A stretch of 63,643 bases of DNA, counting the filler, from Saprolegnia diclina VS20 (lineage: Eukaryota), in assembly GCF_000281045.1 (NCBI RefSeq). It is 8 parts of 4 records of this genome, joined end to end, with 100 filler letters (N's around TTAATTAATTAA, not from the genome) between each part and the next. Parts side by side here need not be neighbours in the genome. Positions count along the whole stretch, not along the records: positions 17,357 to 41,395 come from NW_008246188.1; positions 41,496 to 43,512 come from NW_008246188.1; positions 43,613 to 45,318 come from NW_008246189.1; positions 45,419 to 47,631 come from NW_008246190.1; positions 47,732 to 50,506 come from NW_008246190.1; 3 more parts are not named here. One strand, 5' to 3'. The notes below the pieces were generated by a model. It made no database searches, was not told the origin of the DNA, and saw only the letters and a list, made by a program, of their open reading frames with translations. Positions 36,447-48,790 of the stretch are shown here, piece after piece. The stretch's first letter is position 1; each line of letters begins with the position of its first letter. The position numbers and the translations under genes are program-made.

Positions 36447-38373
36447 GCGTATACTGCGCAAGACGCGGTGAAATCAGTTATGGCAAGTTGTCAGAAGGGA
36501 AAGAGATGCAGCAGAGGTGCGGCAGCTGATCAGACGACGTGTATCTTTTGAAGCCATATGGTGGCTCCTGACAGCTAAAAGCTCCACGGTTCACTACAAC
36601 TGCTTGCTTGGCCTGTACAGATTGTACCGTCCTTGTTGATGCTGAGCCAGTTGACCGAGGAGGATGCAGCGTGGATGCACGGGTGCACGATGTAGGCTTC
36701 GGTGGCTTGGATATGGCGCGTTTGCTCGGTCTCGTATGGGTAGACGTGGACGTGCATGGACCATACTGGCGCCGCGACACGCAACCACGCTCCGGAACCA
36801 CGATCACTTGACATGGCTGCTGTTTGTTACTGCGCTCTGAGATTGCCAAAGACATGAAGACGGAAACGCGCGCAAGGACGTTCGTCTTCCTCTCGAACGT
36901 CCACGGTCGTGTACTCTGTACTACCGGTACGTGGACCAGCATCACGCGCGCGGTTGCTCGTATAGCGTTAGCATTTCATAAGGAATCGCTTTGACAAGCC
37001 GCCCCCGATTGCGCAAGCTTGGGCATGCATGAAGTGCCATGCTCGGGACTCCATGCTCAGATTTAGTTCCGATCGAAGGCCAGATGTAAACGTCATATTG
37101 GCGGATCCCAGCTGGGCGAGTAGCTTGACCTCCTGGAGCAATCGCAAAAAGGCAAATTGCCTTTCACCCACGTTGCCCGACGCGGGCGTTGAACCAGTCG
37201 ATGCCGATGGTTTCGCCTCTCTCCTGTTACACCGCTTGCTTGTCAACTGTGTGCCGGCAGAAAAAAGAAAGAATTGCAGTGTCAAGGCGGCGCGTCGACA
37301 CAAAATATCGCCTGTCGTGGTCGCATCATGCGGTTTCTCCTGCATAGCAAGACCGCCGAACAACATCGTGAGTCGCTCGTTGGTATCGCCCCCTTTCTTT
37401 GATCGTAGAGTGATCACCAGGGCTGGGAATCGTCCATGTGATCGCGGTGAGTCTACCGGCGCTTGTAGAGGCGCCCAGGATCGCAGACCAAAAGAGAAAA
37501 CACCATGAGGGCTACTCATCCTACTGGGCACATGTAATTTAAGTAGCTAGTAGCTTCCTCCAGTAGCTTCAAGGTCAGAAACAGAAGACACATCGCTTTC
37601 TACGGACGTGTCACAAGGACCTTGTCCAACTCGAGCCATCTTCAAGCGGGAAAGGAGGAAGCAAAGCGTGCAGGCTCGCCAGGCAGTAAATGTTCAGAAA
37701 GGAACCAAGATGCAGGCGTTCTATGACTGAACTACCTAGTCACCGCCGCGCGTATCCGACCTTGTTAGCGCAGTAGTAGCTTTGCGTGACCACTCGCACG
37801 TGCTCGTTGTCGCAGCGCTGACTGTCGATCGAAGCCGGTGCTTCGATCGTAGATCTTATTCCTAGGATCTGAGCACGAGGACCCGTCGCTACTGCACTGT
37901 AAAACCAACCTTCTGTAGACTGTGCCAACCAGCTATGCACAGGGGCGTGGCAGCTGGGCGAGCAATGTGAGCAGCGATCTGCTTCGGTGGTAAGTTCCGA
38001 TCGTGTTCGGTGGTAAGTTCGGCTCCATCCGAATTCAGGAGATCATGATCAAGGACAGTCCGATTTCAACGCACATCATCGGCATTCGTCTCGGTCGGTC
38101 GTGTCGTTACCCTGCTGTACGCGGGCTCTTTACAGCAGCACGCGCTTACCTCAAGGTTACTGTGGTACCCTGCTACAATACCCGTGCACTGCCGCCGCTT
38201 GTTGCTTGTGATGTTGGTGTTTTGCCTGGCGCTTGCTTTCGGACTTGTCCTTGTTTCAGATATTTTCGTATTTCAACCAATCCCAACCTACGTAAACCGA
38301 ATTAAATGCCAGACTTTTGGCCAATCAGCGCGTGCCAGCCGTTCGGACATTCACTGTACTGACTACCAGCGCG

Positions 38374-41054
38374 ATGGGCAACAGCGACAGCAAGAGCAAG
38401 TTCCGCGAGTCCGTCTACAAGCTCAGCAACGAGGAAGTCTCGAGCCGGCAGCTCGAGTTCTGGGACAAGCTCTGGAAGATCCCGACGACGGCCGAGGTAG
38501 ACCTTCCATCTCCATGCGGCTGGCGCCTCATGCTGCGGGCGCAGGAAATCTTTACGCTCATCCAGCCCGATGACATTCGCATGCTGCGCCAGAAGCAGCA
38601 GACCAACCTCAGCACGATGCTCACGCAGGCCATCTCGCAGCTCCACCAGATCGTCGACACGCCGCTGCCCAAGTACTACCCGCAGGCGGTCAACTGCATT
38701 CGCGTGCTGACGCGGACCATGCCCTTTATCCTCGAGGTCTCTGCCCGATGTTGATGCAGCTGTCGATGTTGACGCACATGCATTAGGACCGTGGCGACGA
38801 CTTTGTGCAGCAGCTGCTCTGGGGCCCGCTGCCCACCGCGGACGACGCCTCGGACGCGCCGCCGACGTGCTTGGCCGAGCGCCTCATTGACGCGACCATG
38901 GGTCTTCTCTTCCTTCCCGATTTTACCGTCTCGGCGCCGGCGTACAAGGCGTACCGCGAGCAGCTCTCGACGAGCGGCAGTGGCGCCAAAGTCTACCCAT
39001 CGCTCTTGTGGTACTCGGGCGTTGGCTTTCCGGACGCGTCGGCCACGCACGCCGTCTTGTACGACAAGAACCGCAAGGAGGTGCTCAAGCTCCTCCTCAC
39101 GTGCTTCTCGGGCATCCTGTACCACACGGCCGGTACTGCCGCAATACCTTCTTCCTCGCCTAATTGTCTAATGTATGGTAGACTCGTGCGACCAGTCGAC
39201 CGACCCGTTCCTGGCCTACGCGACGCGCGAGGGGTCGGCATTCTCGCCGACGCTCTTCTACTCGCTCCTCAACGTCACGCTGCTCTACGACCCGGTCGGG
39301 TGGGGCGTGCCATACGCCGGCTCGATCGTCGCCGACGAGCGCGAGACGCTGGTGGACATTTCTGTTCAAGTACACGACGTCCTCTCGGTGCATTGCTGCA
39401 TGATGGCGTAGGTACTTCTCGTGCTACTGGACTTTGGCAAGCCGGCCATCGAGTCAGACGGCGTCGTGACGGTATATTTGCGGTAAATTTCCATGCCAAT
39501 TCCTTACACCTTGTGGCGGGATAGTGCAGCAACAAGTACCGTGAGCTGCTCTCGAGCGTCCAGCGCGAGTATGCGATTCATCTCGTGTTTGGCGTGTCTC
39601 ATCGTATGGCGTGTAGAGAGGACTTTGATTTGATCTTCTACGGGCTCGCCAAGCTCCTAAACAACTACCACCAGAGCATGAACACGATCTTGCCCAACTC
39701 GATCAAGCAGATCAAGTGCCACCAAGAGCTGCTCGTGCTCCTCTGGAAGATGCTCGATGAGAACAAGAAGTTTCTCCAGTTTACGCTCAAGCGTGCAGAT
39801 ACGAACAAGATTGTCGTGCCCCTGCTGTACCTCATGTACGAGGGCCGGAAGGAGCCGTCCAAGGTACGGTCTGTCACTGTCAAATCTGCACCGAAGGACG
39901 CTTGTAGGTGGGCATGATTCACATTTGCACGTTCATTCTGCTCTTGCTGAGCGGCGAGCGCGACTTTGCCGTGAACCTCAACAAGCCGTTCGATCTCAAG
40001 CTGCCGCTGGACTTGCCGCCGTTCAACGGCAACCACGCCGACCTCCTCGTCGTGTGTTTGCACAAGGTCATTGTCAACGGCTTTGAGAAGCTCAACTCGG
40101 TCTACAACTGCTTTCTCACCATCATCTCCAACATCTCGCCCTACATCAAAAAGCTCAACATGGTACAGCGTGCGCTGGTTTGTATCCAGCTGATACATTG
40201 ATACTCATTAGGTGTCGAGCGTGCGTCTCCTGCGCCTCTTCAAGCTCTTTTCGCAGCCGCGGTATTTATTCGACAACGAAGCCAACCACCACCTCGTCTT
40301 CTTCCTCCTCGATACGTTCAACAACATTATCCAGTACCAGTACGAAGGTACCATTCGACGCATATTTACCATAGTTTGCGACATGATTGATATCTTGATA
40401 CTAGGCAACGAGCAAATGGTGTACGCCATGGTGCAGAACAAGGACCTCTTCCACAAGCTCAACGCGCTCACAATGCCCATGACGCAGGCCACGCCACGCA
40501 GCAGCAGCACGGCGTCAGTCGCTGACGACGACGCCGAGAGCGTCCCGTCGGTCGTACCGCTCGTCGCGCTCACCGACACTGCGGCGTCCGAGGACGCGAC
40601 CGCCGACGAACCGTCGTCAACCAAGTCGGCGGCCGCACCCGTGCCGGCGCCGGTGGTCGGTGGCCGCTTTGTGCCCAACGAAGCATGGATCCAGAGCTGG
40701 AAGAAGAAGCTGCCGCTCAACACGTCGCTGCGACTGCTGCAGTACCTCGTGCCGCAGCTTGAAGACGCGTGCGAGCTCGCGGGCGGGAGCTTGGACGAGA
40801 CCTCGATGCTCACGTTCCTTCGCAGCACGACCATGGTCGGGCTTCTTCCCGTGCCGCATGCGATCGTGATCCGCAAGTACCAGACCAACCAGTTTACGAA
40901 TCTCTGGTTCACAACGTTTACGTGGGGCGTCATTTTCCTTCGCAACCAAGGTACACACTCTCGTCTTACATTTTGACGTCTAAGTGGCGTGTTTGTAGCG
41001 TTTCCCCTCTTTGACGGCGCGTCCATCACGCTCTTTACGATCAACGTCCTGTAA
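38374..41054 (+). CDS. HID1: HID1 (dymeclin/HID-1 family) Golgi protein, multi-exon
   Basis: N-myristoylation-type start MGNSDSK, NCIRVLTR.MPFILE, LFYSLLN....YDPVG, LLLLSGERDFAVNLNKPF, W..KLPL.T.LRLLQYLVPQ, TMVGLLPVPH.IVIRKYQ, WGVIFLRN. Confidence 0.92.
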
Positions 41055-41495
41055 TCGCAGCAGGAGACGACGAGGATAATGCCATGCATGTGCTACTGCT
41101 TCGTTAGCTTTGGAAAATACTCGTCCTAGATTAGTCTGCGTCATGTAGCAGCCGCAAGCGTTGTGCACTGTTTCCCAAGCGAGACGGGGAGCAGACGCAG
41201 TTGCCACAACGTACATACTCCACGGCGATAGTACCACAGCGGTATTCCCGAGCCTGGTGAATCCACGGTGAATCCAAGCAGTCTTGACGTGCGTCGCTGG
41301 CGTCGACAAGGAATGCACCAATCAAACTTGCCCATCATCCGGATACTATCCGGATGATCGACCGGACAGGCGGTGTCCAACACCAACACGTCCATNNNNN
41401 NNNNNNNNNNNNNNNNNNNNNNNNNNNNNNNNNNNNNNNTTAATTAATTAANNNNNNNNNNNNNNNNNNNNNNNNNNNNNNNNNNNNNNNNNNNN

Positions 41496-41557
41496 ACGCT
41501 GTGTGCCAAAAGATCCCGACGGGCGCGTGGGGCTGCGTGCTGCCCACGACCGCGTAG
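41496..41557 (+). CDS. 3' end of a secreted 'CQKIPTGAWGCV'-domain protein (oomycete cyst-germination/mucin-like family), truncated by gap
   Basis: Reads AVCQKIPTGAWGCVLPTTA*, the same peptide as the end of the 42365-42972 gene. Confidence 0.65.
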
Positions 41558-41634
41558 ATTCTCGCATCCCGTCGTGCATTTTGAACAAAATAATGAATAA
41601 ATAGATTATATACCGAGCACTCTAGAAGCCAGGT

Positions 41635-42298
41635 GTGGAAAGGCGGACCAGCGGCAACAACGATACGAGTCTGTCGACGTTTCCAGCGCCGTGCGGACCC
41701 GCGCGTCGAGAGCACTGGGGCAACGACGGCTACTCTGGCTCAAACGAGTGGTGCTGGGTGGCGAAGCAGGGGCTTTTGCTCTTCGACGGACGCCACCCGC
41801 CGTTTTCGTGCGTCTCAGGCAACAGTGAAGTCGTGGGCACCACAGCGGTCGCAGAGACCTCTGACCGCGCGCAGTGCGTCACGTCAACCAATTTAGCCGT
41901 TAGTCGATGTCACCGGTTCGAGCCCGCAGCAAACTGCGCGGCCTGTGCCGAACGACTACTCTTCGACACTTTGTCTTACTACGGCTTTATGGCGTGTGGC
42001 AACACAGCGTTGGATTGTGTCAACATCACCAGCCCCGCCGCTCGAGGTACTTGACATTGCTCAACGTAGTACACTCAAGCACATGTCCGTAGCGCGAGAT
42101 GTCTTCCTCGCCATTTGCGCCAGCCTTGTCCTTTGCAGTCTTCTCTGGCTGTGCGTCTACCGGAAGAGAAAGGTCAAGCTGCGTCTCATTCACCCGTATC
42201 TTGATGCGGACCGAAGCGCCAACAACGGTGGTATGCACTCGCCTTCTGCCGACTACGTGCATCTGGTCGAACCCTCCACGCGAACCGCCCAAACGTAG
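41635..42298 (+). pseudogene. Possible gene fragment encoding a Cys-containing ectodomain, single TM and cytosolic tail
   Basis: Two coding-like segments in different frames (41635-42054; TM + RKRK + ..DYVHL tail 42083-42298); no clear start and no frame-restoring intron. Confidence 0.3.
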
Positions 42299-42364
42299 AT
42301 TCCTTGAGCGAGTATCGTTAAATATTCATTATTTGGTTCAAAATGCACGACGGGATGCGAGACT

Positions 42365-42972
42365 CTACGCGGTTGTGGGCAGCACGCAGCCCCACGCGCC
42401 CGTCGGGATCTTTTGGCACACAGCGTTCGCCGGGAGCACGCATGTTGCGCTGTCGGAGCTGCAGAGGTACCGGCAGCGGCGAGTCGTCTTGTGTGACCGA
42501 AGTACCGACGTACTACTCGAATGGCTCGAATGGGTCCTCGGGTGCGTCTTTTCCGCATGCGTGACGCGATGACTTATGGTGCAACGTACGTAGTACTCAG
42601 CATAGCCTTGGGTGTCCTGAGCGTTGTACTCTTTGGCGCTGTCCTCGGCCTCTACATCAAGAAGAAGGACCGCGAGATGGTGGCGTCGCGACCTNNNNNN
42701 NNNNNNNNNNNNNNNNNNNNNNNNNNNNNNNNNNNNNNNNNNNNNNNNNNNNNNNNNNNNNNNNNNNNNNNNNNNNNNNNNNNNNNNNNNNNNNNNNNNN
42801 NNNNNNNNNNNNNNNNNNNNNNNNNNNNNNNNNNNNNNNNNNNNNNNNNNNNNNNNNNNNNNNNNNNNNNNNNNNNNNNNNNNNNNNNNNNNNNNNNNNN
42901 NNNNNNNNNNTCGGTCCACTGGGCGCTGGCGGCCGTCGCGGCGAGAAGGGCAAGGAGGCAGGACGATTTCAT
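42365..42972 (-). CDS. Secreted 'CQKIPTGAWGCV'-domain protein, interrupted by N gap
   Basis: Signal peptide MKSSCLLALLAATAASAQW, INR+FPR just upstream, C-terminus CVLPANAVCQKIPTGAWGCVLP; the middle is uncertain. Confidence 0.65.
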
Positions 42973-42983
42973 GTTGAAAGGGT

Positions 42984-42999
42984 AAAAGGAAGAATGAGC
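42984..42999 (-). promoter_or_regulatory. Oomycete INR+FPR core promoter element
   Basis: Minus strand GCTCATTCTTCCTTTT matches GCTCATTYBNNNWTTY immediately upstream of ATG 42972. Confidence 0.7.
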
Positions 43000-43136
43000 A
43001 CAAGAGGACCGGACGGACGAGGCCGTTGGAATTGGGCCTTTATTTGGCCGCCATAATATTGGCTCCGTTGGGACATCTCGTCTCTCGTTCGCCGGTGGAA
43101 TGGGGAGCCAGCTCTGACCAAGACCGTCGAAGTTGT

Positions 43137-43436
43137 TGTTGAAATGAGTCTTTCGAATTTTACGGATTAAGGGTCCTATTTCTAGGGTCGTCCGGCTTCC
43201 AACCTAATTTCTGGTAGGCACGAATTTCCGGCATATGCCGTTTTCATGTTGCTTCTTCCTTGTGTTCCTTGTGGCACTTTGCCGAGCGTGGCCTTGTTAT
43301 GGTGACCGTCTTCAGTGACATTCGTGTCCGGATGGGGGGGGACATCCGGATAGAAAAATCGGCGCGTCGGGTTCGAACCGGCGACCTCGGGAGGCAGAAG
43401 CAGGAATCATCCCGCTCGGCTCAAGCGTCCCCCCCC
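43137..43436 (-). mobile_element. tRNA-derived SINE, 300 bp, with 16-bp target-site duplication
   Basis: Perfect direct repeat AGACCGTCGAAGTTGT at 43121-43136 and 43437-43452. Minus-strand head has an A-box-like TGAGCCGAGCGG and B box GGTTCGAACCC; the 3' end has a short CAA-repeat tail running into the TSD. Confidence 0.8.
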
Positions 43437-43612
43437 AGACCGTCGAAGTTGTCCACGCCCAAATAGCTTGTTCCGTCTACATCTGCTGTTGCATCTGGGA
43501 ACACATATGCTTNNNNNNNNNNNNNNNNNNNNNNNNNNNNNNNNNNNNNNNNNNNNTTAATTAATTAANNNNNNNNNNNNNNNNNNNNNNNNNNNNNNNN
43601 NNNNNNNNNNNN

Positions 43613-44609
43613 GCTTACGCCGTCGATGACCGAGACAAAGTGGACTCTCTCGCAGCAACTCAAGTGGAAGTTGGCCAAGTGGCTCCGAGACTTGACCAAA
43701 AACGGCGTTGAGCTCGACCCGATGCCGTCCATGGCGCCGACGCTGTGCTTTGGCATCTTGGGCGATGTTATGGCGACCCAGACGCAGATGGAGACGTTTG
43801 CGACCGCCATCGCGACCGAGTCGCACGATGCGATTCGCGTGCAGGTGGTCGGCGGTTCGATGCCGATTCCTCAACCCGCACGTCGCGCGACCCCTGTTTC
43901 GAGCGAGGCGGCACCGGACCTCGGTCACGGGACGCTGCCCAAGTTTCCGCGGACGCGCCACTTGCTGCCGAGTGGCGGTGTCACGCGCGACGACTTGGTG
44001 CTGGACCCGCTGGACGCTGGACGGTTTGTCCAGACGCGCGTGACGATCCAAGAAAAGGTCGATGGCGCCAACCTCGGTCTCTTCCTCAACGACGACTTTG
44101 CGATCGTGGCGCAGAACCGGTCGCACTTTTGCAACTCGAGCACGGCGCCGCAGTTCAAAGGCCTCGACATTTGGATCCAAGTGCACCAGTTTGAGCTCAT
44201 CGAATTGCTCTCGCCGCCCGGACGCTACGTGCTCTACGGCGAGTGGCTCTTTGCGCAGCACTCGATCGGCTACAGTCGACTGCCGAGCTACTTTCTCGCG
44301 TTTGACATCTTGGACCGGGCGGACAATACGTTTTGGAGCGTCGAACGAGTCACAGAACGACTGGAAGAGACGTCGATCCACATGGTACCGACGCTGTCGA
44401 CGACGACTGTGGCCGACTTGGACGGCTACCAGCGCCTGCTCGAGACGCCCTCGGCCTTCTACGACGGCCCCGTCGAAGGGATTGTGATCCGACGCGAAGA
44501 AGACGGCGTCTTGGTGGACCGCGCCAAGCTCGTGCGCGACGACTTTATCCAAGAGATTGGCGACCACTGGGCCAAGAAGGGTGTGGTGAAGAACCAACTG
44601 CACTTTTAA
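43613..44609 (+). CDS. ATP-dependent RNA ligase domain protein (Rnl2-like), probably 5' truncated by gap
   Basis: KFPRTRHL, motif I EKVDGAN, QNRSH, motif III YGEW, IIIa FLAFDI, IV EGIVIR, V RAKLVR, terminal HW..K.V.KNQL. Confidence 0.88.
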
Positions 44610-45076
44610 TCGAACGAGTATCTAGTAGACGCTTTGGCTAATCCACGTACAATTACTCGAGCAGTTGACTGCTTCTTGTTTGGCGCCTTGCTGGAAGTTC
44701 AGCATGACTTCGAATGTCAGGAAGCACAGTGACACTCAGTACCACTTCCGAGGTATGCGGCTGGAAACTCAGAGGGATTAGGTGGGATTACGTCCATATC
44801 AACGCCCATTGGCATAACTTGTGCAGTGAGCATCTTGGCCAACATCCAAGGTGCATGGAAGAGACTTGTCGCCGACGATCATCACTGATGTGTTCACTGG
44901 CACTCCATCGTTTTCGAGCGCACACAGCCAGCATAGTACCAGGATTGCCGACTCATGCGAATGTTGAGGCGTATGTTTGGTGGGTCGTGTCCGCTCCGAC
45001 GGCTTCGCAATTGGCGCGATAGGACTGCAGCTAGGGGTTGCGATCGCATAAATTAGAATATTTTACTATCAGAGAG

Positions 45077-45318
45077 CTAGGCTTTTGTGGCCACCTTGTG
45101 CCACGAGATGCCAAAGCGAGCGCCGACGTCACAGCCGTCGTTGGTTTGCAGCTCGCGTGTTCGGTTGCGGTAGCGCAGTGCCTTTTGTAGCAGCTGGGCG
45201 TTGGTCGTGTCAGCGTCGAGCTGATTGAGCTGTGAGAGCATGCTCTTGAGGACCTTTTCGGTGCGGGCCTTGACGCATTCGTCCGAGTATTTGAGGTGGA
45301 GGTGGCGGCGACTGCTGG
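45077..45318 (-). CDS. 3' fragment of a hypothetical protein, truncated by gap
   Basis: Open GC3-rich frame SSRRHLHLKYSDECVKARTEKVLKSMLSQL...WHKVATKA* from the gap edge; not listed in the ORF track. Confidence 0.45.
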
Positions 45319-45657
45319 NNNNNNNNNNNNNNNNNNNNNNNNNNNNNNNNNNNNNNNNNNNNTTAATTAATTAANNNNNNNNNNNNNNNNNNNNNNNNNN
45401 NNNNNNNNNNNNNNNNNNGTCAACACCGTGTCGTCTTCGATGTCGTCCTCGATGTCTTCCAGCTCCGGGGTGCTTTCAATCACTACAGCCTTCGACAGCC
45501 AATGTCCACTTTTCCTACAAGCATCTCTACCTCGGGAGCACGGTGCGTCGACCCTTCCAAGGGTGGAACCGAAAAGAACATGCATCTTATTTACACGCAT
45601 ACAGAAGAACACCGTTGGGGCCTATATACCAAGTATACATCGCGCGGCAGGACAAGC

Positions 45658-48600
45658 TCATGCCGAGTAGGGCAGCGGGATGGCGGTGCCAACGACGACG
45701 AGGCCTGCAAACGGCTGGAGCTGGCTCGCGCTCAGCCCGAGCTTGCGTTGGGCCAAGAGCATTTCTCGCCGCTTGGCACTCTCGTCAAGGCGCTGCTGGC
45801 TCTGCTCGCGGAGCGCGAGCGCTTCGATGCGGCGCGCGAGCTTTTGGACCCGCGCCACATCACGGGCCCGTCGACTCTGCGCCCGCGCGCCAACTGCCCG
45901 CGCTTGGAGTAGTGCCACGCGCCGCCGTTCGGCGTGGAGCGCGATCGTCGCTGCCATCGCTGTCTTGACGGCCGCGTCGACAACGTCCGTCGACTGCCGC
46001 TCAAGGCGCGCAAACGTCACGCGCTGGATCGTGCGTCGCGCCGTCTCTTGCTTGGCCTCGCGCACGTCGTCTCGACGGTCGGCAGCGTTTCCATGGCGCA
46101 TGGCTGCGACGAACCCGCGCTCGGCCCGCGCGTCGGCGAGGTATTTCTACATGCAAATGATCAAGGTTTCAATCTTTCAATGTGGCAGAGTGCAATTTCG
46201 TACCTGCCGCCCGGCGACGAGTGCGCGTGCGAGGAGGTGCGACCGCGCGCGCTGCGTCCGAGCAATCGATGTGCGCAAGCCTGCGCTCTCCATGCCGTAC
46301 GCGTACGTCAGTCGACGCGCCTCTTCCCTGCTCGCGAGCCGCCGACGCACAATCTCGCCTTGGGCGGCAAAGAAAATGGCGGCCGCGACCTTGTCGGCCA
46401 TATATAAAAGACGCTTCTCGTCGGCGCGCAAAAGACGAAACTCAAGATGCGCCCGAAGCGACTCGGTGGCAAACTGCACGCGGAGGCGCGCGGCGTCACG
46501 CTTCGCAGCCGCTTCGTCGGCGCCGGCGCGGATCGCCGCCAGATGCAGCGCCCGACGGATCTCGGCCGACCGAAGCCGCACAAACGAGCGCGACCGAAGG
46601 CACTGGGCACGAAACTGCGCTGTATGGTCCCGCCGCTCGCGCACGCGCTGTGTATGGAGCCAGCGCGCATGCGCCGCCTGGGCTTGCGCATGTTGCAGCT
46701 CGGCGACCCGGAGCGCGGCGAGCATCACCTTGCGCCCGGCGGTCCGCGCAACGTACTGCGCCTGCGTCGCGAGCACGTGCGCGACGCGTTCGTGGCGAAG
46801 ACCAATGAGTTGACAAAAGATGGTGCACTGCTGGTCCCGTCGCCGTCGCGCGGCAGCCGCGTGCTTCTCGCTGCTGCACAACTGAAGGCATGCGACGCGC
46901 TCGGTAAGAACGTCGGCGTGGCGGTGGCATACGACACGGGCATACCAGTTGCGCGCGGCGCACGAAGCGCGGCGGCGCTCGAGCCATGCCTCGCGCCGCT
47001 TGGTTGCTTGCGCCAGCTTGTCCTTGAGCGCCCACGCGACGAACCGCCGCATGTTGTGCGCCGCGGTCCACTTGCGGGCGCGCAGGAGCTCGCGACGCTC
47101 GGCAATGCGACGTGTCCGGTCTGCGAGAAACGCCATCCGGCGGGCAGACGCGGCCCGGAGCCGCACGTCGAGGGTCGTGGCCACCACGCGGCACCGCAAC
47201 GTGGTCTCGCGCTGGCGCTGGCGGGCCACGTGCGCGCGGCGCGCGGCGGCGGCCTGCAACGCATCGACACGCGAGCCGTTGAGCGCGGCCCGCACGCCCG
47301 CTGCCGCGTCCAGGGCGGATGCCGAGGCCAGTGCCGTGTGCAACCACTGCGCGTCCACGAGCCGCCGCGCGCACGTCGACCGGAAGTGGACGCTGAGGTT
47401 GTGCCGTCTACGCCATAGCATTGCATTTGATATTGGCGACTAGACCAATCGGTACCGCGTGCGTTCTGCGATCGCGTCCAAGTGCAGTTGGCGGCGGGTC
47501 GTCGCCGCGTCCTTTGCTAATGCGCGGCGGTCGCCTGCCTCCCGCGCGAGGTACTTGGTCGTCAAGTAAACAGATCGCACGTAGTTGCCATGGCGGCCCG
47601 CGAGGAGCCGGCGCTTGTCGAGCACGATGAGNNNNNNNNNNNNNNNNNNNNNNNNNNNNNNNNNNNNNNNNNNNNTTAATTAATTAANNNNNNNNNNNNN
47701 NNNNNNNNNNNNNNNNNNNNNNNNNNNNNNNTTGGCGAGCGCTGCCATGTGTGCACGGACGTTGGTGGCCACGACCTCGTCCTCGCTGTGTCGCGCAAAA
47801 AATGCAACGACGACGGGCAGCCAAGGCCGATGCGACGCTGCGCACGCCAGCTTGCACACGTGTTGTCACCTTGTCCAGCCAGCAAAGGGCATCGCTGATC
47901 TTGACCGTCTTCGAGAGCGCCAGTACAAACGTGGCTTTGTGAGCCACCGTGATGTAGGCATTTCGGTAGGCGTCTTCCAGAGTAGACTACGACGTCGAAA
48001 TGAGTACCATGATACCGTAGTCGACGGATGTCGTACCCGAAGAAGTCGCCGACGTCGTTCCTGGTAGGAGCGCAGGTCGCGGCGTCCCAATGGCGCACGT
48101 CGTACAGCTCCTGGACGACGTTGACCGGCACGCTCGGGGACTTGCGCTTCACGAGAGGCGTCAAGAAGCCGTCCACCATGCGCTTGCGGGCGCCGAGGCA
48201 CTGACATTGCAGCGCACACCTACACACCGCTCGTCAACGACGCAAATACAAGCCTGTGGACGTACGCGCATGTCTTGCTCGAGCGACCCGTGCCGCCGAG
48301 AACGGCCATGCAGAGACCCAACGCGAGAAAGCACGTGGCCCAGCGCTGCAGTTGCCACATGTTGGAGGTTGGGCCCGCTAGACGGCGCCAAGTCGGTCAA
48401 TGCGAGCGCCAGAACGACCAGAGAAGTGGGCGCCGCATCCGAAGCACTTGGGAGCGCAGAGCAGCCTTTGGCGTGGCCTTGTTTGTCCGCGCGACGATCG
48501 CCGTCAGTGCGTCGAGGGCCGCATCGCGGGTGGCCGGCGTCGTGGACACACTGCTGGAGGCCACGTCGTCGAGCTGGGCCGACCGCATGCGAGCCCGACG

Positions 48601-48790
48601 AGCAGCACCCCACAAAGCTTGTGGTTGCGGTTGCGGCGCTGCATCCACGTCCAAGCGGCGGCCGACGTCTGAACCAGGACCCCGTTGAAGCGCGGGCTGC
48701 CGTCGGAAATGGCGTGGTGGCGCGTGCTCTTGCCCGCCGACGCTTGCTCGCCCGAGAGACAAAACCAATGCCGATGTTGGTCTTGTGCAT
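45658..48790 (-). CDS. Hypothetical Arg/Ala-rich coiled-coil protein, multi-exon, spanning a linker
   Basis: Long helical R/A-rich ORFs 46177-47421 and 45658-46101 with plausible short introns; boundaries and start uncertain. Confidence 0.45.

Larger units (their letters stand above)
41496..42426. repeat. 104-bp inverted repeat (41496-41599 / 42323-42426): convergent duplicated gene ends including 3' UTR
   Basis: Direct comparison shows near-identical reverse complements with only a few mismatches; the left arm is cut by the linker. Confidence 0.9.

Noticed and set aside
42570..42694. Plus-strand TM-like ORF MTYGATYVVLSIALG...KKKD
   Set aside because: It overlaps the better-supported minus-strand secreted gene and runs into a gap; cannot be resolved.
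43361..43436. Functional tRNA gene
   Set aside because: A and B boxes are present but the acceptor and anticodon stems do not pair; the flanking TSD favours a SINE head.
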